From the NCBI GenBank assembly GCA_963822965.1, contig CAWGJT010000012.1, forward strand, positions 64,001 to 128,000: a DNA stretch of 64,000 nt. The letters run 5' to 3'. The notes beneath the pieces are model-generated. The model was not told the DNA's origin and searched no databases. It worked only from the letters and a program-made list of their open reading frames with translations. Position numbers and translations under genes: made by a program. Each line of letters starts with the position of its first letter. The stretch's first letter is position 1. This DNA comes from an uncultured delta proteobacterium. Its GTDB lineage: Bacteria; Myxococcota_A; UBA9160; UBA4427. Below are positions 1-11,247 of this stretch, piece by piece.

Positions 1-660
1 GCCTCGACCCGCGACTCGGGCGGCGACCTGGGGCTCGTCGCCCCCGACGAGGTCGCCGACGAGCTGGCCGTCGCCGCCGAGTCCCTGGCGCCGGGTCAGT
101 ACAGCGGAGTGGTGCGGAGCGATCGCGGGCTGCATCTGGTGCTGCTCGAGGAGCGCACCGAGCCGGGGGCTCGCCCCTTCGCCGAGGTGCGCGACGAGCT
201 GGCGCGGGAAGGCGCCATCCGACAGGCGGCCAGTGCCCGGGCCGATCGCCTGAGCGACCAGCTCGCCACCGCCATTCGCGAGGGTCGCTCGCTGGAGGAC
301 GCGGCGCGCGAGCTCGAGCTGCCGATCGAACGTACTGGCATGATCCGGCGCCGGCCGGACGGCTTCATCACGGGCCTCGGCGCCTCGAAGGAGCTCCAGG
401 CCGTGGCCTTCGCGCTGACCCTGGACCACCCGAGCTCGCCCGAGATCGTTCCCGTCGGCTCGAAGCTCGTCCTGATCCAGCTGCTCGATCGCAGCGAGCC
501 GGCACCGGAAGCGCTCGAAGGCATGCTGGCCGCCGAGCGCGAGCGCCTCTCCAACGCCAAGCGGAACGCCTTCGTGCAGAGCTGGATCGACCGCCGCCGA
601 CAGGAGCTGACCGAGTCGGGCAAGCTCCGGGTCGACTCCTCGCTCGTCAAGCCCAGCTGA
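1..660 (+). CDS. PpiD/SurA-type parvulin peptidyl-prolyl isomerase/periplasmic chaperone, C-terminal part (5' truncated by window)
   Basis: Frame 1 is open from base 1: ASTRDSGGDLGLV (rotamase GGDLG motif), then SGVVRSDRGLHLVLL and the RPFAEVRDEL segment typical of PpiD C-termini. Confidence 0.75.
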   Translation, partial: ASTRDSGGDLGLVAPDEVADELAVAAESLAPGQYSGVVRSDRGLHLVLLEERTEPGARPFAEVRDELAREGAIRQAASARADRLSDQLATAIREGRSLEDAARELELPIERTGMIRRRPDGFITGLGASKELQAVAFALTLDHPSSPEIVPVGSKLVLIQLLDRSEPAPEALEGMLAAERERLSNAKRNAFVQSWIDRRRQELTESGKLRVDSSLVKPS

Positions 661-692
661 GACGCGAGAGTGCCGGGGCGGCGACCCGCCGC

Positions 693-1283
693 CTACGCGT
701 AGCCGTTGTTGGGGTGACGCAGCAGTCCCATGAACTCGGAGCGCGTCTTCGGGTCGGTCTCGAACTCACCGAGCAGCGAGCTCGTGATCGCCGAGCTGTT
801 CTGCTTCTGCACGCCGCGCATCATCATGCACAGGTGCTTCGCCTCGACCACCACGCCGACGCCCTTCGGCTGGAGCACTGCGTTCAGGGTCTGGGCGATC
901 TGCATCGTCATGCGCTCCTGCACCTGCAGGCGGCGGGAGTAGATCTCGACGAGCCGCGGGATCTTCGAGAGTCCCAGCACCTTGCGGTCCGGGATGTAGG
1001 CGACGTGCACGCGTCCGAAGAACGGAACCAGGTGGTGCTCGCACAGGCTGTAGAAGTCGATCTCGCGCACCAGCACCATCTCGTCGTACTCGACGTCGAA
1101 GAGGGCACCGACCAGCGTTTCGCGCGGATCCTGCGCGTAGCCCGAGGTGAAGAAGCGCATCGCTCGCGCGACCCGCTCCGGCGTCTTCGCCAGACCGTCG
1201 CGACCGGGGTCCTCGCCGAGCTCCTTGAGCAGGCTCGTGATCAGTCCCGGAATTCCATCCGTCGGATCAAGCGCATCGGCCAT
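693..1283 (-). CDS. folE: GTP cyclohydrolase I FolE
   Basis: Motifs [42 protein letters not shown] at 1283. Confidence 0.97.
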   Translation of the reverse strand: MADALDPTDGIPGLITSLLKELGEDPGRDGLAKTPERVARAMRFFTSGYAQDPRETLVGALFDVEYDEMVLVREIDFYSLCEHHLVPFFGRVHVAYIPDRKVLGLSKIPRLVEIYSRRLQVQERMTMQIAQTLNAVLQPKGVGVVVEAKHLCMMMRGVQKQNSSAITSSLLGEFETDPKTRSEFMGLLRHPNNGYA

Positions 1284-1483
1284 TCCAGCAGTCCGCCCCG
1301 CTACGGCCCGGTCGCCGCAATCGTTCGTTTTTGCAGTCGAAATTCGACAGCTTGCGAGCCCGCCGAGGGTACCCCGACGCCCGAGGTCGTCAAGCAACGG
1401 CGGCCCGGGAACGAGCCTCTCCGGCAGCGACGCGCCGCCCCGAGCACGACGAGGATTCCACGGGCGCCCGCGGAATCCTGGGC

Positions 1484-2104
1484 TCAGTAGGATCGCAACA
1501 GCCCGCGCAGGATGCCCCGGATCTCGACCTCGCCCGCGTGCACCTCGATGGGCTGCATGGACGCGTTGGCCGGAACCAGGCGGACCCGGTCGCCCTTGCG
1601 ATAGAAGCGCTTCAGGGTGGCCTCGGTCCCCCCGACCAGGGCGACCACCGTGTCGCCGTTGCGCGCCTGCTTTCGGCTCTCGACCACGACGAGATCCCCG
1701 TCCCGGATCTGCTCGTCGATCATCGAGTCGCCGCGCACCCGGAGCAGGTAGGTCTCGCCGGGACGACCGGCCATCCCGGGCGGCACGGCCACCCGCTCCG
1801 TCGCGCCTTCGTCCTCGATCGCCTCGATGGGAAGGCCCGCCGCCACGGTGCCCAGAACCGGCAGGGAGACCAGCTCGGAGACCTCCTCGCCGGCCTCGGG
1901 AACCGGCTCCACCGAACGGGAGCGGTTCCAGGCCTTCTGCAGGAAGCCCTTCTCGACGAGGTGCTGCACGTGCTTGTGCACGGTGGCCACGGAGGAGAGC
2001 CCGAAGTGGGAGCCGATCTCCTCGAGGCTCGGGGAGTACCCGTTGCGGCGGACGAAGTCTCGGATGAACTCGTAGATCTCGCGCTGTCGTCGGGTGAGCG
2101 CCAA
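1484..2104 (-). CDS. lexA: SOS repressor LexA
   Basis: wHTH ([12 protein letters not shown]...PSLEEIG), Ala-Gly cleavage site (VAAGLP), catalytic GDSM and TLKRF; TTG start preceded by AGGAGG. Confidence 0.97.
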   Translation of the reverse strand: MALTRRQREIYEFIRDFVRRNGYSPSLEEIGSHFGLSSVATVHKHVQHLVEKGFLQKAWNRSRSVEPVPEAGEEVSELVSLPVLGTVAAGLPIEAIEDEGATERVAVPPGMAGRPGETYLLRVRGDSMIDEQIRDGDLVVVESRKQARNGDTVVALVGGTEATLKRFYRKGDRVRLVPANASMQPIEVHAGEVEIRGILRGLLRSY

Positions 2105-2126
2105 GCGGAAGCCCTCCTGACCGCGC

Positions 2127-2154
2127 AGGATCGCGAAAACAAAACGAAAGTCAA
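2127..2154 (-). promoter_or_regulatory. Putative sigma70 promoter of lexA with a TTTC-N7-TTTC direct repeat in the spacer (candidate LexA operator)
   Basis: TTGACT(2154-2149)-N16-GATCCT(2132-2127); spacer region reads TTTC GTTTTGT TTTC (2149-2135), an AT-rich island in GC-rich DNA. Confidence 0.55.
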
Positions 2155-2275
2155 GATGGCGCGGGCATCGGCTCGAGAAGGGGACCTGCGAGGCGCCTCG
2201 GCCGGCGCGCCGGCGCGCCGCTCCGGAGCCGCGGGCCGAGCTCGTCCGCGTCGAGGGACTGCAGCGATCGCCGGC

Positions 2276-2860
2276 TCAGGCGGCGGCGCGCAGCTTGGTC
2301 TCGGGAGAGGCGCGGTAGAAGCGGCGCAGCTCGGCGAGCAGCGCGGGGGTGTCGGCCCGGCGCGGGAAGCGGCGATCGAGCTTGCGGCAATAGGCGTGGG
2401 CCCTCTCGTGTGCCAGCTCGTAGCGCTCCCGGGAATCGGGGTCCAGACCGTCGGCCCACGTGTAGCGCTCGAAGTGGCCGAAGGCGTCGCTCGCCGCGGC
2501 GTCGGGTCGCAGGCGCACGAACACGAAGCGATCGACCTCGGCCTGCAGCTCCAGCACCAGACGCGAGACCGGCAGATCCCGCGCCGCGTGCCACGCGACG
2601 CAGACCAGATGGCTGGTCTCCTCGATGACCGTCCCGTTGCGATCGCGATCGGCCGGGTCGAGGTGCAGCCCGATCTGCAGCTCGCCCCGCTCCTCGACGA
2701 CGAGCAGCCCGCTGCGGCAGCCGTCCGGCAGCAGCTGTCGGGCGCGCGCGGACGGCAGGGACACCACGAAGCGCTCCGCCTCGATCTCGAGGTCGAGGGC
2801 GTACACCTCGTCGAGCCAGCCGGCGATCCACCCCACGCGCGTCTCGGGCGAGGCGCTCAC
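2276..2860 (-). CDS. Hypothetical protein with IEETSH motif (possible metal-binding/zincin-like)
   Basis: GTG start overlaps upstream stop (GTGA); globular-looking sequence VIEETSHLVC...LELQAEVDRF. Confidence 0.7.
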   Translation of the reverse strand: MSASPETRVGWIAGWLDEVYALDLEIEAERFVVSLPSARARQLLPDGCRSGLLVVEERGELQIGLHLDPADRDRNGTVIEETSHLVCVAWHAARDLPVSRLVLELQAEVDRFVFVRLRPDAAASDAFGHFERYTWADGLDPDSRERYELAHERAHAYCRKLDRRFPRRADTPALLAELRRFYRASPETKLRAAA

Positions 2861-3471
2861 TGCGGCCGCTCCGCGGCCTCGCGCCCCGGGACGATCAGCC
2901 CGCGGCGGATCAGCCGAGCCCGATCGCGCCGGCTGCCCGTGGCCCGGTAGCGGTCGTAGAGGGTGAGCAGGTCGAGATCCCGAGAGCCCCGAGCCCGCTC
3001 CCCCACCTCCGAGAGCAGCTCGATGAAGTCGCCGAAGCGACTGGCGAGCTCGTAGAACAGCTCGGCTCCCGTCGGGTCCGGGCCGCGGCTCGCGAGGCCC
3101 AGCGAGAGGCGCGAGTAGGCGGTGGAGCCGATGTCCGCGTAGTAGCGCACCCCGACGGTGCGGCGGGACAGGCTCGGACCGAAGAATCCGGCGTGGAAGA
3201 GCGCCCGGTCGCCCAGGGCCCGCAGACGCGCCATGCGGGTGGCGCCCTCCACCAGCAGGGCGGCGACCAGCGACTCGGCCAGGGTGTCGGGCGGGGACGT
3301 CTCGGGGGGCGGCGGGGCGGACCGGACTCTCGCCTCCAGCAGGTCCACCAGGTAGACCCTGGCCAGGGGGCTGGGCTGCGGGCTCAGCTCGCAGCCCACC
3401 TCGCTCACCAGCTCGTCGAAGACCTGGCGGGTGGAACCGGTCGGGAGGGGGTCGAGTCGGGTCGCCGTCAT
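2857..3471 (-). CDS. Hypothetical protein (LGDRALFHAGFF...YYADIGSTAY motif)
   Basis: ATG 3471 with GGAGG RBS; translationally coupled to next gene. Confidence 0.75.
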   Translation of the reverse strand: MTATRLDPLPTGSTRQVFDELVSEVGCELSPQPSPLARVYLVDLLEARVRSAPPPPETSPPDTLAESLVAALLVEGATRMARLRALGDRALFHAGFFGPSLSRRTVGVRYYADIGSTAYSRLSLGLASRGPDPTGAELFYELASRFGDFIELLSEVGERARGSRDLDLLTLYDRYRATGSRRDRARLIRRGLIVPGREAAERPQ

Positions 3472-3597
3472 CGCGCCTCCGTGCTGTCGCTCTCCTTCGT
3501 GCATAGATCGTCCGGCCGGGCCGTGCGACTGAAGCGCAACAAGCATCCGGCAGCCGGCAGCCCCCGGGGGAACCCCAAAAAACTTCCCGGGGTCTGG

Positions 3598-3625
3598 TTG
3601 ACATGCCGGGGTTGGGATCTAGCTT
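3598..3625 (+). promoter_or_regulatory. sigma70-type promoter of groESL
   Basis: TTGACA(3598-3603)-N16-TAGCTT(3620-3625), upstream A-tract, CIRCE just downstream. Confidence 0.7.
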
Positions 3626-3634
3626 GCGGCCGCG

Positions 3635-3661
3635 CTGGCAGTCGACCTCATCGACTGCCAG
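3635..3661 (+). promoter_or_regulatory. CIRCE operator (HrcA binding site), variant
   Basis: Perfect inverted repeat CTGGCAGTC-N9-GACTGCCAG versus consensus TTAGCACTC-N9-GAGTGCTAA, upstream of groES; hrcA present in window. Confidence 0.85.
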
Positions 3662-3843
3662 CCCCTGGCGATTGGCCAGGACAGCGACGGCCCAAGGCCG
3701 AACCCGCAACCCGAAGTGAGACGTGAGGGAGAGCTCCGAGCGACGACCAGGGTGGCCTCGCATCGCGTGATCAAATCCCCCGTCAATCGCGACAACCAGG
3801 TGCGCCCGCCCTGCGCTGGGCCACCGAGGAAGGAATCGGCACC

Positions 3844-5779
<1,936 letters not shown>

Positions 5780-5818
5780 GCGTCTCGCCGGCGCGGCCGG
5801 CGAAGCGTTCCGAAATAG

Positions 5819-5857
5819 AGAGCCCCGGAGCATCCGCTCCGGGGCTCTTCTCGTTTT
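5819..5857 (+). terminator. Rho-independent terminator after groEL
   Basis: 13-bp stem AGAGCCCCGGAGC-ATCC-GCTCCGGGGCTCT followed by TCTCGTTTT. Confidence 0.85.
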
Positions 5858-5892
5858 GGGTGCCCCGAGGGGGAGCTCCCGCGGGCCCGGCA

Positions 5893-5920
5893 TCAAGACG
5901 CCGGTCGGGAGTGCCGAAAC
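5893..5920 (+). promoter_or_regulatory. Putative sigma28 (FliA/WhiG)-like promoter
   Basis: TCAAG-N15-GCCGAAAC upstream of the REC-PilZ gene; same spacing at two other sites in the window. Confidence 0.45.
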
Positions 5921-5975
5921 CCATTGTGCCTCGGGGGGATGCCTGCCGAGCTTGCGGGGTGCGCGAGCTTCCGAC

Positions 5976-7343
5976 ATGAGCGATTCGGAGACGACACAGG
6001 AGACGGTCAGGCGACGTCTCGAGCGCATGGGCATCCACGCGGAGGGGGTGCCCGGGGGCCGCAGCGTCCTCGCGCGAATGCGCCTCCAGCGCAGCGTGTT
6101 CGAGACCAGCGCCAATCGGATCCGCATCGACGAGGTGGTCTTCTCCACGGTCGGCGCCGATCGCGCCAAGTGCCTGCGGCCCCGCGCCCTCTTCCAGCTT
6201 CCGCTGCTGCGCATCGCCGACTGCCGGGACGCGACCGCCATCGAGGCGCGCATCCACCTCGCCTGGCAGCGACACGTGGCGCAGCTCGACAACGTCGAGC
6301 ACTGGCTGCGCGGTCTGGGCGTCGACCACCAGATGGAAGAGGGCCGCTCCCTCGCGGCCTTCTCGATTTCGGGCGAGGCGCCGGACGCCCGCGGCCGGAT
6401 GATCGACACGCACCGCGTCATCCTGCCCGGTCGCGGCCCCCTGTCCGGCATCGCCCTGCAGCGCGCCGACGATCGCGTGCTCCGGGTGGACCAGGGCATC
6501 GAGAGCGGCATCGACCTCGAGATCCAGATCTCGAACCGCCTGGAGGAGCTGGCGCGGCTCGACTCACGCCTGGCGCAGCAACGACGCTTCGAGGCGTTCG
6601 AGGACGAGCGCCGACGCCGGGAGCAGCCGCGCCGGGATCGCCGCCCCACGGTGCTCGTCGTGGGACCGAAGATCATGCAGGAGCGCGCCTGCATCGAGTC
6701 CTTGCGTCTCCGCGGCTACCAGGTGGCCTCCGTGCCCGGAGAGCGCGAGGCCATCGCCGTCTTCGACCACTGCTCGCCGGAGCTCGTGCTGGCGGACATC
6801 AAGCTCGGTCGCTCGGAAGGCATCGACCTGATCCAGTCCCTGCGGCAGGTGCCGGGCATCGAGGAGGTCCCGGTGATCCTGATCGACTCCCACAAGCGGA
6901 ACGACCGGCGCGAGGCGGCGCGACGCATGGGCGCCGCGGGCTACCTCGTCTACCCCATCGACGTCTCGCGCATCGCCGAACGCCTCGCGCGCATCGTCTC
7001 CGAGCCGCGACGACGCCGCTTCACCCGCTACCCGCAGCGCCTGCCCGTGCACATGCAGGGCGCCCTGCAGCCCCTGCTCACGGACTCGATCGGACGCGGG
7101 GGCATGTTCCTGGCCACCGAGGAGGAGATGCCCACGAACTCCGTGCGCGACTGCCAGATCGCCCTCCCCGAGATCGGCGCGCAGGTTCGCATCGAGGCCG
7201 AAGTCCTCTATCGCGCCGAGCTGGGCAGCGAAGCGCGGCCCGGCGTCGGACTGCGGTTCAACGCCTTCCCCGACGCCGACGAGCCCGTGTTCATCGAGTA
7301 CCTGCGCAACCTGCACCCGCAGACGCCGGTTCCCGCCATCTGA
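5976..7343 (+). CDS. Unknown N-terminal domain + atypical receiver domain + PilZ domain protein
   Basis: Receiver-like region TVLVV...[10 protein letters not shown]...VPVILID...GAAGYLVYP; PilZ-like RRRRFTRYP...SIGRGGMFL...GVGLRF. Confidence 0.8.
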   Translation: MSDSETTQETVRRRLERMGIHAEGVPGGRSVLARMRLQRSVFETSANRIRIDEVVFSTVGADRAKCLRPRALFQLPLLRIADCRDATAIEARIHLAWQRHVAQLDNVEHWLRGLGVDHQMEEGRSLAAFSISGEAPDARGRMIDTHRVILPGRGPLSGIALQRADDRVLRVDQGIESGIDLEIQISNRLEELARLDSRLAQQRRFEAFEDERRRREQPRRDRRPTVLVVGPKIMQERACIESLRLRGYQVASVPGEREAIAVFDHCSPELVLADIKLGRSEGIDLIQSLRQVPGIEEVPVILIDSHKRNDRREAARRMGAAGYLVYPIDVSRIAERLARIVSEPRRRRFTRYPQRLPVHMQGALQPLLTDSIGRGGMFLATEEEMPTNSVRDCQIALPEIGAQVRIEAEVLYRAELGSEARPGVGLRFNAFPDADEPVFIEYLRNLHPQTPVPAI

Positions 7344-7352
7344 GAAGCCCGC

Positions 7353-8327
7353 TCAGAACGGGGTCTGCGTCTGTCCCGTGAGCGAGCCGTCCACCGGGCT
7401 GAAGGTGCGCGTGACGAGCTGGCCGCTCACGGAGCCCAACGTGACCGTCTCGGAGAACGCGTTCCCCTCGATGGCGAGCGCGTAGCCGGTGATCGACGCG
7501 CTCGCGATCTCGACGCTCTCCTCCCGCAGCGGCGTGGCGAAGGTGGCCGAGAGGGGTGAGAGCCGGTGGAAGTCGTCGGCCACGGTCGACCCCGAGCCGG
7601 CCGTGCGCAGGTAGCAGGCGCTGGTCAGCACCGGCGAGCGCGTGTAGCCGAACCCCGGAGCGGCCAGCGGAGCCGCCAGCGAGAGCCCGTACTCCGCCTC
7701 CACCTCGCCCACGCCCAGCAGCGAGGGCGGATTCCCCGCCAGCGCCACGTGTTGCTCGCCGGACGGCGCGGTGCAGCCGCTGCCCGTCCCCGTCACGGTG
7801 CTCCAGCTCGACGAGACGCCCATCCAGGAGGTGGTGGCGCCCTGGAACTGGAGGACGAGGGTGGCCAGGGTGCCCGAGGAGTCGAGATCCAGCGAAATGA
7901 GGACGGCGCCCTGGAGGCTGAGGATCGTCGTGCTGCCCGGGCCCGACGGATCCGGCACGACCACGTCGAGCACCGCGTAGGACTTCCCACCGAGGAGGTC
8001 CGCGCCGAGCTGCGCCGCGAACCCCGCCGTGTCGGCCGTCACCGTGAGCGACTCGAAGGAGAGGACGCCGCCGGATGGCCGGGAGAACGCGAAGTGGAGC
8101 GTGCGGAAGTCGAGGACGTAGGTCCCGGCGTCGAAGTCGAGCTGGCCCGCGACGGCCGGAACCGGCACCGCGCCACACAGGGCGGGGTCGCCGCCGCACA
8201 GGCCGCCGACCACCTGGCCAAGCTCGGATTCGAGGTCGATGAGCGACGGGCGCGCCCAGCTCGCCAGCGGCAGCCCCAATGCCAGGCAGAGAGCGAGCCC
8301 GGCACGGAACGGGTGTCGGAGCTTCAT
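7353..8327 (-). CDS. Secreted protein with two putative Hcp-like (tube-fold) repeats
   Basis: Signal peptide MKLRHPFRAGLALCLALGLPLASWA; ATGA overlap with upstream gene; pattern similarity to Hcp by eye only. Confidence 0.6.
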   Translation of the reverse strand: MKLRHPFRAGLALCLALGLPLASWARPSLIDLESELGQVVGGLCGGDPALCGAVPVPAVAGQLDFDAGTYVLDFRTLHFAFSRPSGGVLSFESLTVTADTAGFAAQLGADLLGGKSYAVLDVVVPDPSGPGSTTILSLQGAVLISLDLDSSGTLATLVLQFQGATTSWMGVSSSWSTVTGTGSGCTAPSGEQHVALAGNPPSLLGVGEVEAEYGLSLAAPLAAPGFGYTRSPVLTSACYLRTAGSGSTVADDFHRLSPLSATFATPLREESVEIASASITGYALAIEGNAFSETVTLGSVSGQLVTRTFSPVDGSLTGQTQTPF

Positions 8328-9076
8328 GCGGATGGCCTCCCATCGATCCGGCGGCGACGGAGCGCGGCCAGCAGCAGGCCGCCCGAGACGAGCCCGGGTC
8401 CCCCCCCAGGCTCCGGAACCGCGATCACGAGATCGTCGACGTTGAAGAAGAACCCGGAAGCGGGCGTCATCGGGCCGGTCCCGAGCTGGGCCTGGGTGAA
8501 CGGGGCCGACGCCACCACGCCGAGGAAGTAGGCGCGATACTCCCGGCCCCCGAACGTGCCCAGCGAGGCTCCGTCGGCCAGCGCCAGCGCAGCCGCGGCC
8601 TCGCCGGGTACCGTCAGGCGCGCGTCTCCGTCGAAGAGCGCCGCACCGGGCTCCTCGGGCGTCACCAGCACGAGCCCGAAGGCTTCGATCGGCTGGCTGA
8701 ACGCGAACGCGAGCGAGCTTCCCGCTGCGAAGGCGTCGAAGTTGCCGGGGTCCGCCACGCCCAGGCTCTGGCTGCCCGAGCTCGCCGGATTCTCGACCGG
8801 GTCGGCCACCACGCGCAGCTCGAGCGCGGGACCCGTCGGGTCGAGGGCGTCGACAATCGCCGCCGGCAACACCACCCCGACCGGGGTGGCGGGCGTCGTC
8901 AGGGTGAGCCCGGATACGATGCTGCCCGCGGCCAGACCCTCGAGATCGAGGCCCACCGCCGGGCCGGGCGCCTGGGCGGCGAAGGTCGCCGGGTCGGTGT
9001 AGGCCCCGGGCGCCGCGAGCGCCGCAAGCGGCACCAGCAGCGGGATCCACGACAGACCGGCGGCCAGGACGTGCAT
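8324..9076 (-). CDS. PEP-CTERM sorting domain-containing secreted protein
   Basis: N-terminal hydrophobic signal; C-terminus AVPEPGGGPGLVSGGLLLAALRRRR. Confidence 0.8.
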   Translation of the reverse strand: MHVLAAGLSWIPLLVPLAALAAPGAYTDPATFAAQAPGPAVGLDLEGLAAGSIVSGLTLTTPATPVGVVLPAAIVDALDPTGPALELRVVADPVENPASSGSQSLGVADPGNFDAFAAGSSLAFAFSQPIEAFGLVLVTPEEPGAALFDGDARLTVPGEAAAALALADGASLGTFGGREYRAYFLGVVASAPFTQAQLGTGPMTPASGFFFNVDDLVIAVPEPGGGPGLVSGGLLLAALRRRRIDGRPSA

Positions 9077-9111
9077 GGGGCCAGACTAGACGAGCCGTCC
9101 GGACGCCGGCC

Positions 9112-9906
9112 TCACCCGTTCTTGGGAGGTCGTCCTGCCGGAGGCGCACAGGCCTCGAAGAAGTCCGCGATGGCCTCCGCGAGGCGCGGGCCATCGTAGT
9201 CCACGGGCACCACGTGCCCCGACCGCTCGAGAAAGAGCAGGCGCCGGAGATCGCTCGACACGCCGCCCGCGATGTGGTGGGCATCGGCGGCCCGGGCCGT
9301 GCCGTCGAACGCACCGTGGGCGACGAGCACGGGCACCGTGATCCGCGGGAGGAGCGGACGTACCGCGCGCTGCAATCGCATCAGCTCGTGGACGCTCGCC
9401 AGGGGCATCCTCGAGTAGCCGGGATGGCGCGCACGCGCCGCGGGGGACTGGATATCCGATCCCTCCCGCTTCGGGATGTAGCGATGGAAGTGCTTCGCCA
9501 CGGGGATCAGGGCGACCAGCGGTCGAGGACGGAGCCGAAGCGGCGTCCCGATCACCGCGACGCCGTCCACCCGCCCCTCCGCGGCCAGGGCGAGGGTCAG
9601 GAGCCCCCCCATCGAGAGCCCCGCGACGAAGACCCGCTCGTGCGCGCCGCGCAGCTTCTCGACCTCGCCCCGCGCGGCCTCGAGCCAGGCGGTGTACGGC
9701 ACGCGCGAGAGCGCCTCGGGCGTGGAATCGTGGCCGGGCAGCGCGGGACCCCGGGCGCGCAGACCGCGCGCGGCGAGCACCCGCGCGACGGGGCGAACCT
9801 CGTAGGGCGTCCCGGTCAGGCCGTGCAGGCACAGGACGGCGTCGCGACCGTCGCCCCCGCTCGGCGCCAGATCGAAGGGGCTGACGTCGACCTCGTCGGT
9901 GCTCAC
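9112..9906 (-). CDS. Alpha/beta-hydrolase carboxylesterase (Est30/monoacylglycerol lipase-like)
   Basis: LHGLTG, GLSMG nucleophile elbow, HGAFD and SGHVV catalytic segments; GTG overlaps larC stop. Confidence 0.88.
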   Translation of the reverse strand: MSTDEVDVSPFDLAPSGGDGRDAVLCLHGLTGTPYEVRPVARVLAARGLRARGPALPGHDSTPEALSRVPYTAWLEAARGEVEKLRGAHERVFVAGLSMGGLLTLALAAEGRVDGVAVIGTPLRLRPRPLVALIPVAKHFHRYIPKREGSDIQSPAARARHPGYSRMPLASVHELMRLQRAVRPLLPRITVPVLVAHGAFDGTARAADAHHIAGGVSSDLRRLLFLERSGHVVPVDYDGPRLAEAIADFFEACAPPAGRPPKNG

Positions 9907-11243
9907 CGGTCCCCCTGACGCGCCGCTTCCTCGGCGGCCCGGACGACGTCCCGCAGCGGCACACCCCGGCGGCGCGCGGCCGCCTTGCAGTCGTCGTACT
10001 CGGCGGAGAACTCGACGCGCCCGTCGCCGAGCTCCACCCGCTTGACGCCGATCGTGCCGTAGGACGTCTTCACCCGCACGGAGGTCCTCGGCAGCACCAG
10101 CCGGTCCCACTCGTGGGTGCGCACGCCGATGGCGGTGGAGTGAGCGAAGAGCACCTCGGCGAGGGCCCGCCGTTCGGCCGGACGCGCCAGCACCCGCACG
10201 AGGAAGCCCGGACGGTTCTTCTTCATCTGCACGTGCTGCAGGGAGACGTCCAGGGCACCGGCCAGGAAGAGGCGCTCCATCAGGTCGTCGAAGTGCTCCG
10301 GCACGAGATCGTCGAGGTTCGTCTCCAGCGAGACGATGCGGTCCCAGTCGGCACCGCCCTCCGTACCCAGCACCGCACGCAGCACGTTCGGCATGGGTCC
10401 CTCGCGATCGCCGCCGGCGCCGTGACCCACGGCGGTGGGCGTCATCGCGGGAAGCTGCCGGAACTCGTCCACGCAGGTCCGGAGCAGCGCCGCACCCGTG
10501 GGCGTGACGGTCTCCCACGCGACGTGCGCCGGCACCGTGGGAATTCCCCGGAGCAGCTCGAGGGTGGCGGGCGCCGGCAGGGGCAGGCGTCCGTGCGACG
10601 TCTCCACGCTGCCATGCCCCAGGGCCACCGGCCCACAGGTCACGCGGGTGACGCCCAGGGCCTTCAAGCCGAACGCCGCGCCGGCGATGTCCACGACCGC
10701 GTCCACGGCGCCGACCTCGTGGAAGTGCACCTGCTCGAGCGCGGTCCCGTGGACCCGGGCCTCCGCGCGCCCCAGCACCTCGAACGTGGCCAGCGCGCGA
10801 TCGCGCACCTCGGCCTCGAGCTTCGCCTTCTCGAGCAGCCGCTGGATGGACACGTAGCTGCGCCCCTCGCCGTGTCCCTCGGACCGGTGGGCGCTGCGGG
10901 CACCGTGGGAATGCGGCATCCCGTGGGCGTGGCCGGCGGCGACGTGCCCCGTCGCCTTGCGAGCCGGGGCGCGCTTGCCGCGCGACTTCGATCGCCCCCC
11001 GCGCCCGCTCGACACCGGCGGCCGGGGCACCATCACGTCGACGTGCCGTGCCGCAATGGGTCCACGCCTCACCTTCCGAACGCGCAGCTCGAAGGCCACG
11101 CCGAGGCCGGCCAGGCCGTCGCACAGCGCTCGACGCGGCAGGCCGAGATCGAGGAGCGCAGCCAGCAGCATGTCGCCGGCGATGCCCGAGAACGGCTCCA
11201 GGTGCAGCAGGTGCGCGCGCGGCGCGGAACGTCGGGAGGCCAC
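9903..11243 (-). CDS. larC: Nickel pincer cofactor nickel insertase LarC
   Basis: SGIAGDMLLAALLD, VHFHEVGAVDAVVDI, PAPAT, TPTGAA, LETNLDD, MKKNRPG, AEYDDC. Confidence 0.93.
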   Translation of the reverse strand: MASRRSAPRAHLLHLEPFSGIAGDMLLAALLDLGLPRRALCDGLAGLGVAFELRVRKVRRGPIAARHVDVMVPRPPVSSGRGGRSKSRGKRAPARKATGHVAAGHAHGMPHSHGARSAHRSEGHGEGRSYVSIQRLLEKAKLEAEVRDRALATFEVLGRAEARVHGTALEQVHFHEVGAVDAVVDIAGAAFGLKALGVTRVTCGPVALGHGSVETSHGRLPLPAPATLELLRGIPTVPAHVAWETVTPTGAALLRTCVDEFRQLPAMTPTAVGHGAGGDREGPMPNVLRAVLGTEGGADWDRIVSLETNLDDLVPEHFDDLMERLFLAGALDVSLQHVQMKKNRPGFLVRVLARPAERRALAEVLFAHSTAIGVRTHEWDRLVLPRTSVRVKTSYGTIGVKRVELGDGRVEFSAEYDDCKAAARRRGVPLRDVVRAAEEAARQGDR

Positions 11244-11247
11244 GCCG

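Noticed and set aside
1336..1348. GTCGA-AAT-TCGAC palindrome upstream of folE as an operator
   Set aside because: Short and single; no second copy or cognate regulator to support it
7353..8327. Complete type VI secretion system or contractile injection locus
   Set aside because: No sheath, baseplate, VgrG or membrane-complex genes in the window; only the isolated Hcp-like ORF
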